The notes beneath the pieces were generated by a model. The model was given only the letters and a program-made list of their open reading frames with translations, did not search any database and was not told the DNA's origin. The position numbers and the translations under genes were made by a program. From an uncultured virus (IMG/VR IMGVR_UViG_3300008113_000017) (taxonomy: Duplodnaviria; Heunggongvirae; Uroviricota; Caudoviricetes): a stretch of DNA of 64,000 nucleotides. Positions 1-8,112 of this stretch are shown here, piece by piece (within the stretch, counting starts at the first letter, position 1; the number at the start of each line of letters is the position of its first letter). The stretch is taken from IMG/VR virus record IMGVR_UViG_3300008113_000017. One strand, given 5' to 3'.

Positions 1-191
1 AGGTCTGCTCCAGAGTAGTCATCTTCTCCATAGCCATCAATGGTGATGGATTTTCCTTCATCGGATACTCTAATTCCAGCGGGGGAACCACATGTTTCGT
101 AGGCTTTTTGAAACGTGTCAAATTTACCCGCACATCCAGTAAGTCCAACCATGAGCAGGGACACACCTGCAATTGCAATTAATTTTTTCAT
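1..191 (-). CDS. Putative lipoprotein (3' end runs off the window)
   Basis: Hand-translated, not in the ORF track: MKKLIAIAGVSLLMVGLTGCAGKFDTF...; basic N-terminus, hydrophobic stretch and LTG|C lipobox; TAAGGA RBS upstream. Confidence 0.7.
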   Translation of the reverse strand, partial: MKKLIAIAGVSLLMVGLTGCAGKFDTFQKAYETCGSPAGIRVSDEGKSITIDGYGEDDYSGAD

Positions 192-198
192 AAGATCC

Positions 199-333
199 TT
201 ATTTCTCTTCAGATTGATTTTTTCTAGCTCGCTTAGCTTGTTCATACAAACGCTTCTTTTGCATTTGTCTGTTGTATCTAATTGTTCTAAGCATTGCTTC
301 GTACTCTTTGTCTTTGTCTTTGTCATTTGTCAT
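199..333 (-). CDS. Small charged hypothetical protein (44 aa)
   Basis: Hand-translated MTNDKDKDKEYEAMLRTIRYNRQMQKKRLYEQAKRARKNQSEEK; TAGGA upstream; fills the gap between co-oriented genes. Confidence 0.55.
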   Translation of the reverse strand: MTNDKDKDKEYEAMLRTIRYNRQMQKKRLYEQAKRARKNQSEEK

Positions 334-343
334 ACGAAATATC

Positions 344-670
344 CTACACATTAATCTTGGGTTCTAGTTTCTTCCATAAAAATGGCTCGTAGTCTTCACC
401 TTTGCTAAATGCGGTTAGAGCTTCTTTATCCGGATGGACACCAATTAAAAGCTCCATCTCACGGTCTGGGTATTCGGATCCCTGAACAGCTCCAAGAATT
501 GCGTGGTAATTGTTATGCAAGTTCATCTTTAAATCATTAAAATTCATCCAAAGCATGAAGGAATATTTCAAAGCTTCCCTCTGAGCATCAACAGATTCTT
601 TGCTAAACTCGGCCTCAAGATCCCCATCTTTAGACACAATTTCCCATACACGGTGTTTTAATTCACTCAT
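344..670 (-). CDS. Hypothetical protein (start revised to MSELKH)
   Basis: ORF track 344..769; the 5' extension overlaps a structured RNA; purine-rich GAAAGAAG precedes the ATG at 670. Confidence 0.6.
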   Translation of the reverse strand: MSELKHRVWEIVSKDGDLEAEFSKESVDAQREALKYSFMLWMNFNDLKMNLHNNYHAILGAVQGSEYPDREMELLIGVHPDKEALTAFSKGEDYEPFLWKKLEPKINV

Positions 671-696
671 TCGTCTTCTTTCATTTAGTTTAATTG

Positions 697-810
697 GAAG
701 ACCTAGTACTGACCTTTCCCAAGTTTGGACCTTGGTTCCGGAGGTTCCCACTCTTTCGAGTCGTCTCAAGCATTTCTGCTCTGCTGGTTGGTCTTGTGGA
801 CTCAGCAGTA
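697..810 (-). ncRNA. Candidate structured RNA (multi-stem junction with pseudoknot), family unassigned
   Basis: TACTG/CAGTA closing stem, AGCA-GAAA-TGCT, ACTC-GAAA-GAGT, ACCT/AGGT enclosing CCAAG/CTTGG, and loop AAGACC complementary to 3' GGTCTT. Confidence 0.55.
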
Positions 811-829
811 AAGAGCCTTTTAGAAGGGG

Positions 830-1486
830 TTAAGACTTCTTATCTTTTTTTCTATCCACAATGTCATAGTTGTAACTATTAGAATCTTCAGATACCCACT
901 TGGAAGCATCTTCAACATCCCACTTGCGAGTATTGACTAGGCGATGGATTAGAAGTCCTTCATCTGCTTTAGTAACCATAGATGGTTCAAAAAGCAAAGA
1001 ACGATTGTTTGGTTGGATAGCAAAGTTACCATCATCTCTAAGAATGACATGTCCACACTTATGTTCTGATGGGGTCTCTGAGTATGCAGTATCTAGAATG
1101 TTTCTCTCAGGGGCATGCCAGTCCAAGGTAAACAAATACTTACCTTCAATTTTTTTCTTATCTCTATCTATGTACTGCATCTTCATATTAATCATATTGT
1201 GGAACTGAGTCACTGCAATGTAGGGACTAAAAGAGTTCCAAAGAACTAGATTATGTAGGTCAACTTCAGGAACACCTGGCTCTATACAGAACGCAGATAT
1301 TGGCATACGCCACCACAACCCACCATCTTCCATAAGGAAGTGGAACAGAGGAGAGCGACCTTGGATACTGGCAACCCCAAAGATGGTTACAGGGAAGTAC
1401 TTGTCATGGGAATCTTCTTGGTCACGAAGATAGTGACCTCTTACATAGGCTTGAATTGGAGGAATGTTTGCATTTAATTCTGGCAT
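830..1486 (-). CDS. Conserved phage hypothetical protein
   Basis: Long ORF; likely start MPELNANIPP, 6 nt after a GTG-TATACT -10 box (leaderless). Confidence 0.7.
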   Translation of the reverse strand: MPELNANIPPIQAYVRGHYLRDQEDSHDKYFPVTIFGVASIQGRSPLFHFLMEDGGLWWRMPISAFCIEPGVPEVDLHNLVLWNSFSPYIAVTQFHNMINMKMQYIDRDKKKIEGKYLFTLDWHAPERNILDTAYSETPSEHKCGHVILRDDGNFAIQPNNRSLLFEPSMVTKADEGLLIHRLVNTRKWDVEDASKWVSEDSNSYNYDIVDRKKDKKS

Positions 1487-1508
1487 ATTTAAAGTATACA
1501 CAATTAAG

Positions 1509-1578
1509 TGGACTGTGTAGATTTGCACTACCGACTACTACTTTTTCGTCGACTTGTAGCCCTTGGCTACGCCAGTCC
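1509..1578 (-). ncRNA. tRNA-like cloverleaf element (non-canonical)
   Basis: GGACTG/CAGTCC-A acceptor-like stem, GTAGCC/GGCTAC arm, CGAC/GTCG arm with 12-nt loop, GTAG-TGCAAAT-CTAC T-like arm; 70 nt. Confidence 0.45.
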
Positions 1579-1636
1579 CTGAAGATTCCGTTACTTAAAA
1601 CGGGCAGACCGCTTTACGCTCCTTTGTCTGCAAGCG

Positions 1637-1975
1637 TGGAGATGCGGGGAATTGAACCCCGGTCCGATCATCGATCGATTGTTCTTCTACAAGCTTAGGC
1701 AATTCTTAGTACGTCGTTCAATGCCAATTGCCAGGCTTTGGTCAACGTTACCACTCTTTAAAGTCTTGTGGGAGAGACTTTGGTTGTTCTATTTATTTAA
1801 AACCTGACTGCCCAGCTAGAACTACTGCTTTGTCAGGGGCAACTAACTACTGTTAAGCAGCTAGAGCGAATGCAGAACGTGATTCAGCATTTATTTTGTT
1901 TGACGGTTTTACGAGACTCCGTCATCTCGGCTTGCTTCACCAACTTCAGAATGACCGTCGAATCCGATCATCCCC
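1637..1975 (-). ncRNA. ssrA: tmRNA; tag AESRSAFALAA* at 1853..1888
   Basis: 5' GGGGATGATCGGATTCGAC; 3' GGGGTTCAATTCCCCGCATCTCCA with G3-U70 Ala wobble; resume codon after ATAAAT; tag ends in FALAA; CCA not encoded. Confidence 0.95.
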
Positions 1976-2009
1976 TTACACTATTGAGTTTTGTATTATC
2001 TATGGTACA

Positions 2010-2492
2010 TCATTTTAGGTAAATTAGTTTACCCGGAAGACCTGAATCCTCTAAAGCTTTAACATTATTGGATCCGTAGGCAACTAAAACACTAGGAGCA
2101 CCAGATGTGTCAGCTTCTACACCGTCTGGAGTATAAAATCTCAGCCTACCTTTAAAAAAGAAAATAGCATCCGCTTGATCCCAAACATATTCAAAAAAGG
2201 CTTTAGTTTCAGTACGAGCAAAGATTAGAACAATACCATTGCCATGAGCCACCATTTTTTCTAAGAATGGATACATAGCTCTTCCGTATGGAGGATTGCA
2301 CCAAATACGTCCAACCCACGGCTGAATTAGTCCGTTATCTTCTTTTGTATAGTGCTTTTTTGCCGTATCCCAAGGCCGATCAATAGACGCACACGGGTCT
2401 AAATCAAACTCACCTAAAGTCTCAAGAATCCAAGGAGGGGTAAGCCACACGTCAGTAGCACCAACCTGGGCCTCTCCGCCTAAAGTAGTCAT
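2010..2492 (-). CDS. Phage DNA N6-adenine methyltransferase (Dam-like)
   Basis: WLTPP, FDLDPCA, WCNPPYG and FFKGRLRF motifs. Confidence 0.9.
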   Translation of the reverse strand: MTTLGGEAQVGATDVWLTPPWILETLGEFDLDPCASIDRPWDTAKKHYTKEDNGLIQPWVGRIWCNPPYGRAMYPFLEKMVAHGNGIVLIFARTETKAFFEYVWDQADAIFFFKGRLRFYTPDGVEADTSGAPSVLVAYGSNNVKALEDSGLPGKLIYLK

Positions 2493-2493
2493 A

Positions 2494-2628
2494 CTACTGC
2501 TTATTTACAAGCTTACGCTTGACTGGGTCAAAAATCTTTGGACGCTTCTTAAAAGCTTTTCCATTGTTACGATCTGCGTTCGAACCTTTTGCCGGCGGCT
2601 TTCCGCCACCACTAGAACCTTTTGCCAT
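2494..2628 (-). CDS. Small basic protein (44 aa)
   Basis: Hand-translated MAKGSSGGGKPPAKGSNADRNNGKAFKKRPKIFDPVKRKLVNKQ; strong TAAGGAG RBS; TGT-TAGTAT promoter at 2652-2660. Confidence 0.7.
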   Translation of the reverse strand: MAKGSSGGGKPPAKGSNADRNNGKAFKKRPKIFDPVKRKLVNKQ

Positions 2629-2673
2629 GATTTCTCCTTATTTATAACAAAATACTAACACACAAATTTCAAC

Positions 2674-2703
2674 TTGCGCTATCTCAAAAAGTATGTTTAT
2701 AAT
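2674..2703 (+). promoter_or_regulatory. Sigma70-type promoter TTGCGC-N18-TATAAT, divergent from the 2652 promoter
   Basis: Perfect -10 box and plausible -35 box upstream of the gene at 2736. Confidence 0.6.
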
Positions 2704-2735
2704 GGCATATCATCGATCTAATAGATAAGGAATAA

Positions 2736-3200
2736 ATGATGAACGAAGAACAGACAAAAGAATATGCAGACAAGTTAGCTGCATTACTACCACTAGCTAG
2801 AACCGCATATGGATCTAGAACTACAAAGTCCCCTCAGCACGACGCGTCTAGAGAGTACACCAGACTGCTAATTGAGTTCTACTCAAAAGGTGGAAGTCTA
2901 CTGACTATGGCCAAACTACTTGGAGTTACCTATGCAGGTCTACGTCGTCGTATTATGACGGACCAGATTACACCGCATTCAAAAGCTCACAGTAAAGCCA
3001 CAGAGCAAGACATCATCGATGCAGTCAACAGGATCAAAGCCGCAAAAGCATCTGAAGGCACAGCTGGGTATCACGAGGCTCTAAGAAAAGAGTTTGAAGA
3101 CAACAAGATCTCTCTTACAAAAATTGCTAAAGTTATGGGACTTAGCTCAGCTAACCCACTTTACTATGCAGTATCTAGAGCAAAACTAAGATCCTTCTAG
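2736..3200 (+). CDS. Putative DNA-binding protein with two HTH-like repeats
   Basis: GSLLTMAKLLGVTYAGLRRRI and ISLTKIAKVMGLSSANPLYYAV. Confidence 0.6.
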   Translation: MMNEEQTKEYADKLAALLPLARTAYGSRTTKSPQHDASREYTRLLIEFYSKGGSLLTMAKLLGVTYAGLRRRIMTDQITPHSKAHSKATEQDIIDAVNRIKAAKASEGTAGYHEALRKEFEDNKISLTKIAKVMGLSSANPLYYAVSRAKLRSF

Positions 3201-3202
3201 TC

Positions 3203-3240
3203 AAAAAAGAAAACCCCCTGATTAACACCAGGGGGTTTTC
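3203..3240 (-). terminator. Intrinsic terminator (possibly bidirectional)
   Basis: GAAAACCCCCTG/CAGGGGGTTTTC hairpin between convergent genes; long U tract on the minus strand. Confidence 0.85.
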
Positions 3241-3287
3241 TCCGACATAGAAAGGAAACAACACTTAACCACTATCAGCAACTAAGT
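3203..3287 (-). ncRNA. Candidate small RNA carrying an anti-Shine-Dalgarno segment
   Basis: TGC-TAGTAT extended -10 at 3294-3302, no ORF, a TTTCCTTTCTATGTCG segment, then the terminator. Confidence 0.4.
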
Positions 3288-3339
3288 AATTTAATACTAG
3301 CAACTTTTAGAGTTTGTACATTTTCAACACGCCAGTAAG

Positions 3340-3609
3340 TTACTCGGCAGTGTTTTTCTTTTTAGTTTCAGCAAGTGCAGCTTCAGCAGAACTAGCAAAT
3401 GCTATATCAATTTCATCTTTGTCAAGTTTTCCATCGATAACATATGCACGACTTAGACTTTCAGCAACTTCCATAATTCCAACAAAAGCTGCAATAGCGG
3501 CAGACTGCCATAGCTGAGCACCGAACACCGAACCAGCGGCTAAAACGGCACTTACTTTCAAGATCACAAGAGCGATAGTTCTCTTTAGGATCGTTACAAC
3601 GAGTTTCAT
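3340..3609 (-). CDS. Small two-TM membrane protein (holin-like)
   Basis: Two hydrophobic helices and a charged C-tail; GGGAG RBS before the ATG at 3609. Confidence 0.55.
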   Translation of the reverse strand: MKLVVTILKRTIALVILKVSAVLAAGSVFGAQLWQSAAIAAFVGIMEVAESLSRAYVIDGKLDKDEIDIAFASSAEAALAETKKKNTAE

Positions 3610-3668
3610 AAGATCTCCCTGGGGACTAGTAGGACTAAATTGCCTCTCTCCCAAGGGCTAATACCAGT

Positions 3669-3986
3669 TTACCGCTTAATGTATAAGTTGATTTGGCTAA
3701 TTTTGTGACCGTTTACTGTCATAGCACGCTTAATTTGCCTGCGCTCACCCTCAGTAGTTCCGCCCCAAATCCCCTGCTCGTTATTAAGTAAAGCATAAGT
3801 AAGACATCTAGTAACATACGGGCATTCTTTGCAAACTAGTTTGGCTCCATGCTCGTTGTAATAAGAAGCACTCTTATTGCCTTCTACTTCCTGGGGAAAG
3901 AATGCTTCCGGATCTGATTCTGCACAAGGGGGAGTTCCGTGCTCAATGTAATTAATCGGGTCAATCAGTTCCTTATCGATGTCCAT
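3669..3986 (-). CDS. whiB: WhiB family Fe-S transcriptional regulator
   Basis: C...DPEAFFP...AKLVCKECPYVTRCLTYAL...GIWGGTTEGERR. Confidence 0.95.
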   Translation of the reverse strand: MDIDKELIDPINYIEHGTPPCAESDPEAFFPQEVEGNKSASYYNEHGAKLVCKECPYVTRCLTYALLNNEQGIWGGTTEGERRQIKRAMTVNGHKISQINLYIKR

Positions 3987-4001
3987 ATTTAGTTCTTTCT
4001 A

Positions 4002-4193
4002 TTATCTCCAGTTGTCTTTGGTACTCCAACCTCCACCTTTGAAATTAATAGGTGGAGCAAGGAATATACGAATCATCTTACCTTCGCAACCGTCAACAGT
4101 GCAAATCAGATCTGGCTCTTCACTGGTTATACTACGGACATCTTCACAAGTATGTTCCGGATTGTTTTCACAGTTGTATTTATAAGTTGGCAT
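4002..4193 (-). CDS. FmdB-family zinc-ribbon protein
   Basis: MPTYKYNC...C-x4-C...M.RIF...INFKGGGW. Confidence 0.85.
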   Translation of the reverse strand: MPTYKYNCENNPEHTCEDVRSITSEEPDLICTVDGCEGKMIRIFLAPPINFKGGGWSTKDNWR

Positions 4194-4701
4194 CAGTATT
4201 CCTTGAGTATATGTAGTGATTTATCAAAGTTCCATCTAGTGTTTCATACACAGCTGGTCCTAATCTATTAAATTGTAGTTTTTCTAAAACTCTAATACTT
4301 GAATTATTAGAGTCTTGTACTGGAGCTAAGTAGCTCTTTATTCCTAAATTAGATGAAGCATAGCTAATTACGTAGTCAAGAGCTTTAGTCATGTAACCTT
4401 TGTTGCAATAATCTTGATCAACCCAATAACTTAGTTTGCAACTATTTTCAAGTTTATCAATGTTCCACAACGTAATTTTTCCAATAGGAACATCGCCCAA
4501 CCATATACCGTATTCAGATACAGAAGTTCCGGATTTAGATCTGTAAGCAATTTCCCAGGGAAATAGATGCTCTTTATTTCTTAATTGAAGATCAGCAAAA
4601 GTGTTGATGTCATACCAAGACATACTTCTAACCTGGAGTTCTCCATTTGTATTGGAGTAAGCTACCGGCTTAGTTTCATCAAAATCTTTAAATCTAGACA
4701 T
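4180..4701 (-). CDS. GNAT acetyltransferase (RimJ/RimL family)
   Basis: LSYWVDQDYCNKGYMTKAL, N..SIRVLEKL.F and RNKEHLFPWE motifs. Confidence 0.85.
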   Translation of the reverse strand: MSRFKDFDETKPVAYSNTNGELQVRSMSWYDINTFADLQLRNKEHLFPWEIAYRSKSGTSVSEYGIWLGDVPIGKITLWNIDKLENSCKLSYWVDQDYCNKGYMTKALDYVISYASSNLGIKSYLAPVQDSNNSSIRVLEKLQFNRLGPAVYETLDGTLINHYIYSRNTDANL

Positions 4702-4717
4702 GTGAATATTCTACAGT

Positions 4718-4746
4718 AAAAGAAAACCCCTCCTATTGGAGGGGCT
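4718..4746 (-). terminator. Intrinsic terminator after nrdJ
   Basis: CCCCTCC-AATA-GGAGGGG followed by TTTTCTTTT on the minus strand. Confidence 0.8.
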
Positions 4747-4758
4747 CTCATTTATTTA

Positions 4759-6792
4759 CTACTTCTGATTTTCTTGGATGAGCTTGATTTCACAGGCGTC
4801 TGTGGTACAGTAATTTTCGCCAATTGCATCAGCAGCCATACCTGCATAGACTCCAGCAAAGTCAATCGGGAAGAGCTTGTTTTTTGCTTCTTCATATTCC
4901 TCCTCAGTAATACGAGTGTAAGGCATTTGAGGATAGACGTGATTTCCACTAGGCAAGAACGATACAGTTTTCAACTGACCATCGTGCATGTGAAGTACAG
5001 TTCCGATCTTGTCTGATTCTGTTTCAGGGTCAAAAGTTACAGTTACAGATACAGAGTTATCCGACCAGTAACGCTGAGCAATTACAGCAAGGTTCATCTT
5101 CTCAAAGATAGAGACATCGCGTTCTGCTCGCATAGCATCAGACTTGATCGGGAAGAATACAACCGAGGTAGTATCGGGGCTTTCAGAAGCTGGTTCTACA
5201 CGATAGTTAGCCATCTTAAACAGAGGCAACATAGGATCGTTATTTCCGAAGCGAATTGCCCGCATAAAGTATTCACCGCCTGGAGTCCAGTGGACGCCCG
5301 GGGATTCTCCAGCAAGAATTGATACGGTGCCCGAAGGCTTAACCGTTGTGGTCTTGATTGACTCACGAATACCTAACCATTCTGAATATGTAGTGTCATA
5401 CTTCTTAACTACGGCATAGCCTTCGTTCATCCAAGTACGAAGCTCTGGAAGACCCTTGCGGTCAGCAAAGTTAGCAATACCAGACATTGAAGTTCCAATA
5501 CGACGGTTTCTCTGCATGATTGCGTTGGTCTCTTCCCAGTGGGTTGGCAGTAGGGTTACAGTCTTAGCGTAAAGATAAGCAAACTTCAAAGTGCGAAGGT
5601 AGTCTTCCTTGCTTTCGTGACGATTGAGGTAAGTCTCAACGAGAGTACACATTTCGTAACTCTCAAGCGACTGCTCTGCACAAGGGTTATAGCCCATAAT
5701 GCGGTGGTCCTTGTTGTTGATTGGGTCAATCAAACGGCCATACTGCTTAGAGATGTCTTCCCAGATAACTCCAGGCTCACCATTACGAACAATGCCATCT
5801 ACAATTCTTGAGAAATCAGTACCGACGTTCACCATAACTGAGTTGTTTGACATCCAACCCCAACCCGGATTTTCTGGGTCATAGGAGTTACGAGCAGGAA
5901 AAGCCTCAGAGTTCTTAAGGTTCAAGAAGTTGTCATCATCAATGCGACCAATCAAAAGCTCAGCCGAGCGACGAACGTTTCCAGATACAACACAGCGACC
6001 AATTAGGTTTCCAATGTCTGCGATATCAACGGTTGTCAGCAGCTGCCCAGCACGACCATCAAACATTTCACGGATCTTGTCGTGAAGAAGAATCAATGGA
6101 TCCGGACCAGAAGCGGTACCACCAAAGGTGGCAATAGGTGCACCGTATGGGCGAATCTCACTGTAGTCAAATACCCAAGTAGGCTGCTCTGGCTTTAGAT
6201 ATGAGTTGATTAGAGCAACAGTGCTTTCCTGCCAACCCTCACGAGTGTCAGGAATCAAATAGTTCTGCTCAGATCCAGGAACATAAATTTCAAAGCCCTT
6301 GTCTGCACCCTTGTCGTCAAAGCCAACACCCACACCTAGCATTGAAGCTTCCATCAAGAAAGCAAACGGCTTGGCTGGATTTTGCTTAGTCATCTCCATA
6401 GTAGATACAAAAGCACAGTTCTGTAGTGCAGCTGAGTTACGTTGAACGTTTACGATCTCAGTACCCATGACCCAAAGACCACGGCCCGGAGGAGACCACT
6501 TCAAACGGAATAGTGAGTCAAAAAACTCTTTAGCAGAAGCGGCTGCCTTAGCATCTGACCATGGCAAGCGGTTCTGTTTTGCGTGGTCTTTTTGAATCGA
6601 GTAGGTTCCGTTTGTGACACGTTCGCAAACCTCTGCCCAAGTTTCCTTGGAGCCGTCTGCCTTTTTGCGTGAGTACGTGCGCAAGAACGTAATTTCGCCT
6701 ACAGAGTTGCCAGCGGCATCTTTGTAACCGAAAGGTGATTCTTTTGACTTGTACTCCGCTACGAATTCTTCATTTAATTTAAACGAAAACAT
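4759..6792 (-). CDS. nrdJ: Class II (adenosylcobalamin-dependent) ribonucleotide reductase
   Basis: RTYSR, PPGRGLW, ALQNCAF, GNVRRSA, NPCAEQ.LESYEMC.LVE and TTVKPSGTVS motifs; C-terminal CTTDAC. Confidence 0.95.
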   Translation of the reverse strand: MFSFKLNEEFVAEYKSKESPFGYKDAAGNSVGEITFLRTYSRKKADGSKETWAEVCERVTNGTYSIQKDHAKQNRLPWSDAKAAASAKEFFDSLFRLKWSPPGRGLWVMGTEIVNVQRNSAALQNCAFVSTMEMTKQNPAKPFAFLMEASMLGVGVGFDDKGADKGFEIYVPGSEQNYLIPDTREGWQESTVALINSYLKPEQPTWVFDYSEIRPYGAPIATFGGTASGPDPLILLHDKIREMFDGRAGQLLTTVDIADIGNLIGRCVVSGNVRRSAELLIGRIDDDNFLNLKNSEAFPARNSYDPENPGWGWMSNNSVMVNVGTDFSRIVDGIVRNGEPGVIWEDISKQYGRLIDPINNKDHRIMGYNPCAEQSLESYEMCTLVETYLNRHESKEDYLRTLKFAYLYAKTVTLLPTHWEETNAIMQRNRRIGTSMSGIANFADRKGLPELRTWMNEGYAVVKKYDTTYSEWLGIRESIKTTTVKPSGTVSILAGESPGVHWTPGGEYFMRAIRFGNNDPMLPLFKMANYRVEPASESPDTTSVVFFPIKSDAMRAERDVSIFEKMNLAVIAQRYWSDNSVSVTVTFDPETESDKIGTVLHMHDGQLKTVSFLPSGNHVYPQMPYTRITEEEYEEAKNKLFPIDFAGVYAGMAADAIGENYCTTDACEIKLIQENQK

Positions 6793-6865
6793 ATTTAGTT
6801 ATACCTTCTTTAATAGGGAGTATTTGTGGTTTTATCAGTATACCCCAGGATTTAACCAGGGAGTA

Positions 6866-7105
6866 TTACTCAGATGGACGAAATAGTGACTCAAGTAGAT
6901 CTTTGCACATAGGACATAACGGATATTTATCCGGATTTCTGAATGGAACAAAGACCTTCCCGCATAAAGCTTCAACTGGAGTACCCATTACATAGCCTTC
7001 AGTGACTTTATCTTTGTGAGCGTAGTGAGTAAAAATTTGATCGCCGTTTTCATCATAGGCAATCACGGTTTCCTCGGCTACGACACTATCAAATATCGAT
7101 GACAT
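6866..7105 (-). CDS. DUF3039 family protein (actinobacterial)
   Basis: HY..KDKV.E..V.GTPV.ALCGKVFVP...P..YP.CP.CK. Confidence 0.85.
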   Translation of the reverse strand: MSSIFDSVVAEETVIAYDENGDQIFTHYAHKDKVTEGYVMGTPVEALCGKVFVPFRNPDKYPLCPMCKDLLESLFRPSE

Positions 7106-8033
7106 GTATTAGGTCCTTAACTTTGTTTAAGCTTATTTTTGCTAGGTATGAGGCCACATCTTTATGACCATAAGACACAATAACATCATTTTCAGAAATT
7201 ACCAAACCAGCAGCAAATTCGATCCTTACGCCAGTAAATTTAAATCTATCAGATAACCCAATTAGTTTCCCCGATCTGTCATATCTAGCAAACCTATGGT
7301 AGTAATGCCTAAATGTTTTTGCTCTATATGCAAAAGACCGAGCTGAATAGACCATTTGCTTAAATGGGTCTACTTCATGAACTATAGCTATATATCCCCA
7401 ATCTCCTAAATCCCATAAACAGCTACCACCACGTATATTGTTTCCAGCCTGAATACTAGGCTCTCTAAGAGATTTTTTACCTAAGTCATTAACATATATA
7501 GAAGTAGCACTATAAACAAAATCAAATAAAGGATTTTTTTCATATGTTGGCATCCAATTCTTTTCTACAGGTTGAAGATCATCGGTGTCATATATATTGA
7601 GTAATTTTGCTTTGACCCCATCTAATCTAAAAGTGCCAAGCCTTGGCACATCATTAGTCAGGTGTGGTTCTTTCATTACAGATAAGATCTCCCAAGCACC
7701 GTCGCGCCAATATAATCGACCATCTTCAGCACCACGCATAAATTTGCCATTTTCAGAAAAATCAAGCTCTCGCATAGTTTCTTCAATAATCTGCCAATTT
7801 TTATCTAAATTAGCCATCCACATTCGGTTAATCACTCTATTTCCAGCAGTGGCCACCGTATCTCCATTTTTAGGATCAAAGAAGTAGTTGCTAGACCTTA
7901 AAAGCACAACGTACCCTTCAGCAGGGGAATACGCAATAGAAGGGTTAAAAGCTGAAAATCTAGTGTCTTTTTCATCAGCAAATCTGCGAATACGCCAAAT
8001 TTCTCCCCCAAGATCTGTAAACAAAGTGCTCAT
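7089..8033 (-). CDS. Glycosidase/phosphorylase-like 5-bladed beta-propeller (GH130-like)
   Basis: AFNPSI, GAEDGRL, EKNWMP, IRGGS and IEFAAGL motifs; likely leaderless start MSTLF. Confidence 0.6.
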   Translation of the reverse strand: MSTLFTDLGGEIWRIRRFADEKDTRFSAFNPSIAYSPAEGYVVLLRSSNYFFDPKNGDTVATAGNRVINRMWMANLDKNWQIIEETMRELDFSENGKFMRGAEDGRLYWRDGAWEILSVMKEPHLTNDVPRLGTFRLDGVKAKLLNIYDTDDLQPVEKNWMPTYEKNPLFDFVYSATSIYVNDLGKKSLREPSIQAGNNIRGGSCLWDLGDWGYIAIVHEVDPFKQMVYSARSFAYRAKTFRHYYHRFARYDRSGKLIGLSDRFKFTGVRIEFAAGLVISENDVIVSYGHKDVASYLAKISLNKVKDLIHVIDI

Positions 8034-8112
8034 ATGTCTATAGTACCAAAGTAGATTTCTCATAACTGGAGTAAAATTGACTAGACATACCCACTAACAC
8101 TAAGGATTCATA

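Noticed and set aside
671..769. N-terminal extension of ORF 344..769, and a 27-codon ORF at ~691-772
   Set aside because: Overlaps a densely base-paired element; a better start with a purine-rich RBS lies at 670
1456..1698. ORF containing MRGIEPRS
   Set aside because: Antisense translation of the tmRNA T-arm
6815..6867. AGGGAGTATT direct repeat upstream of nrdJ as an NrdR box or B12 riboswitch
   Set aside because: Does not match the NrdR palindrome; region too short for a cobalamin riboswitch
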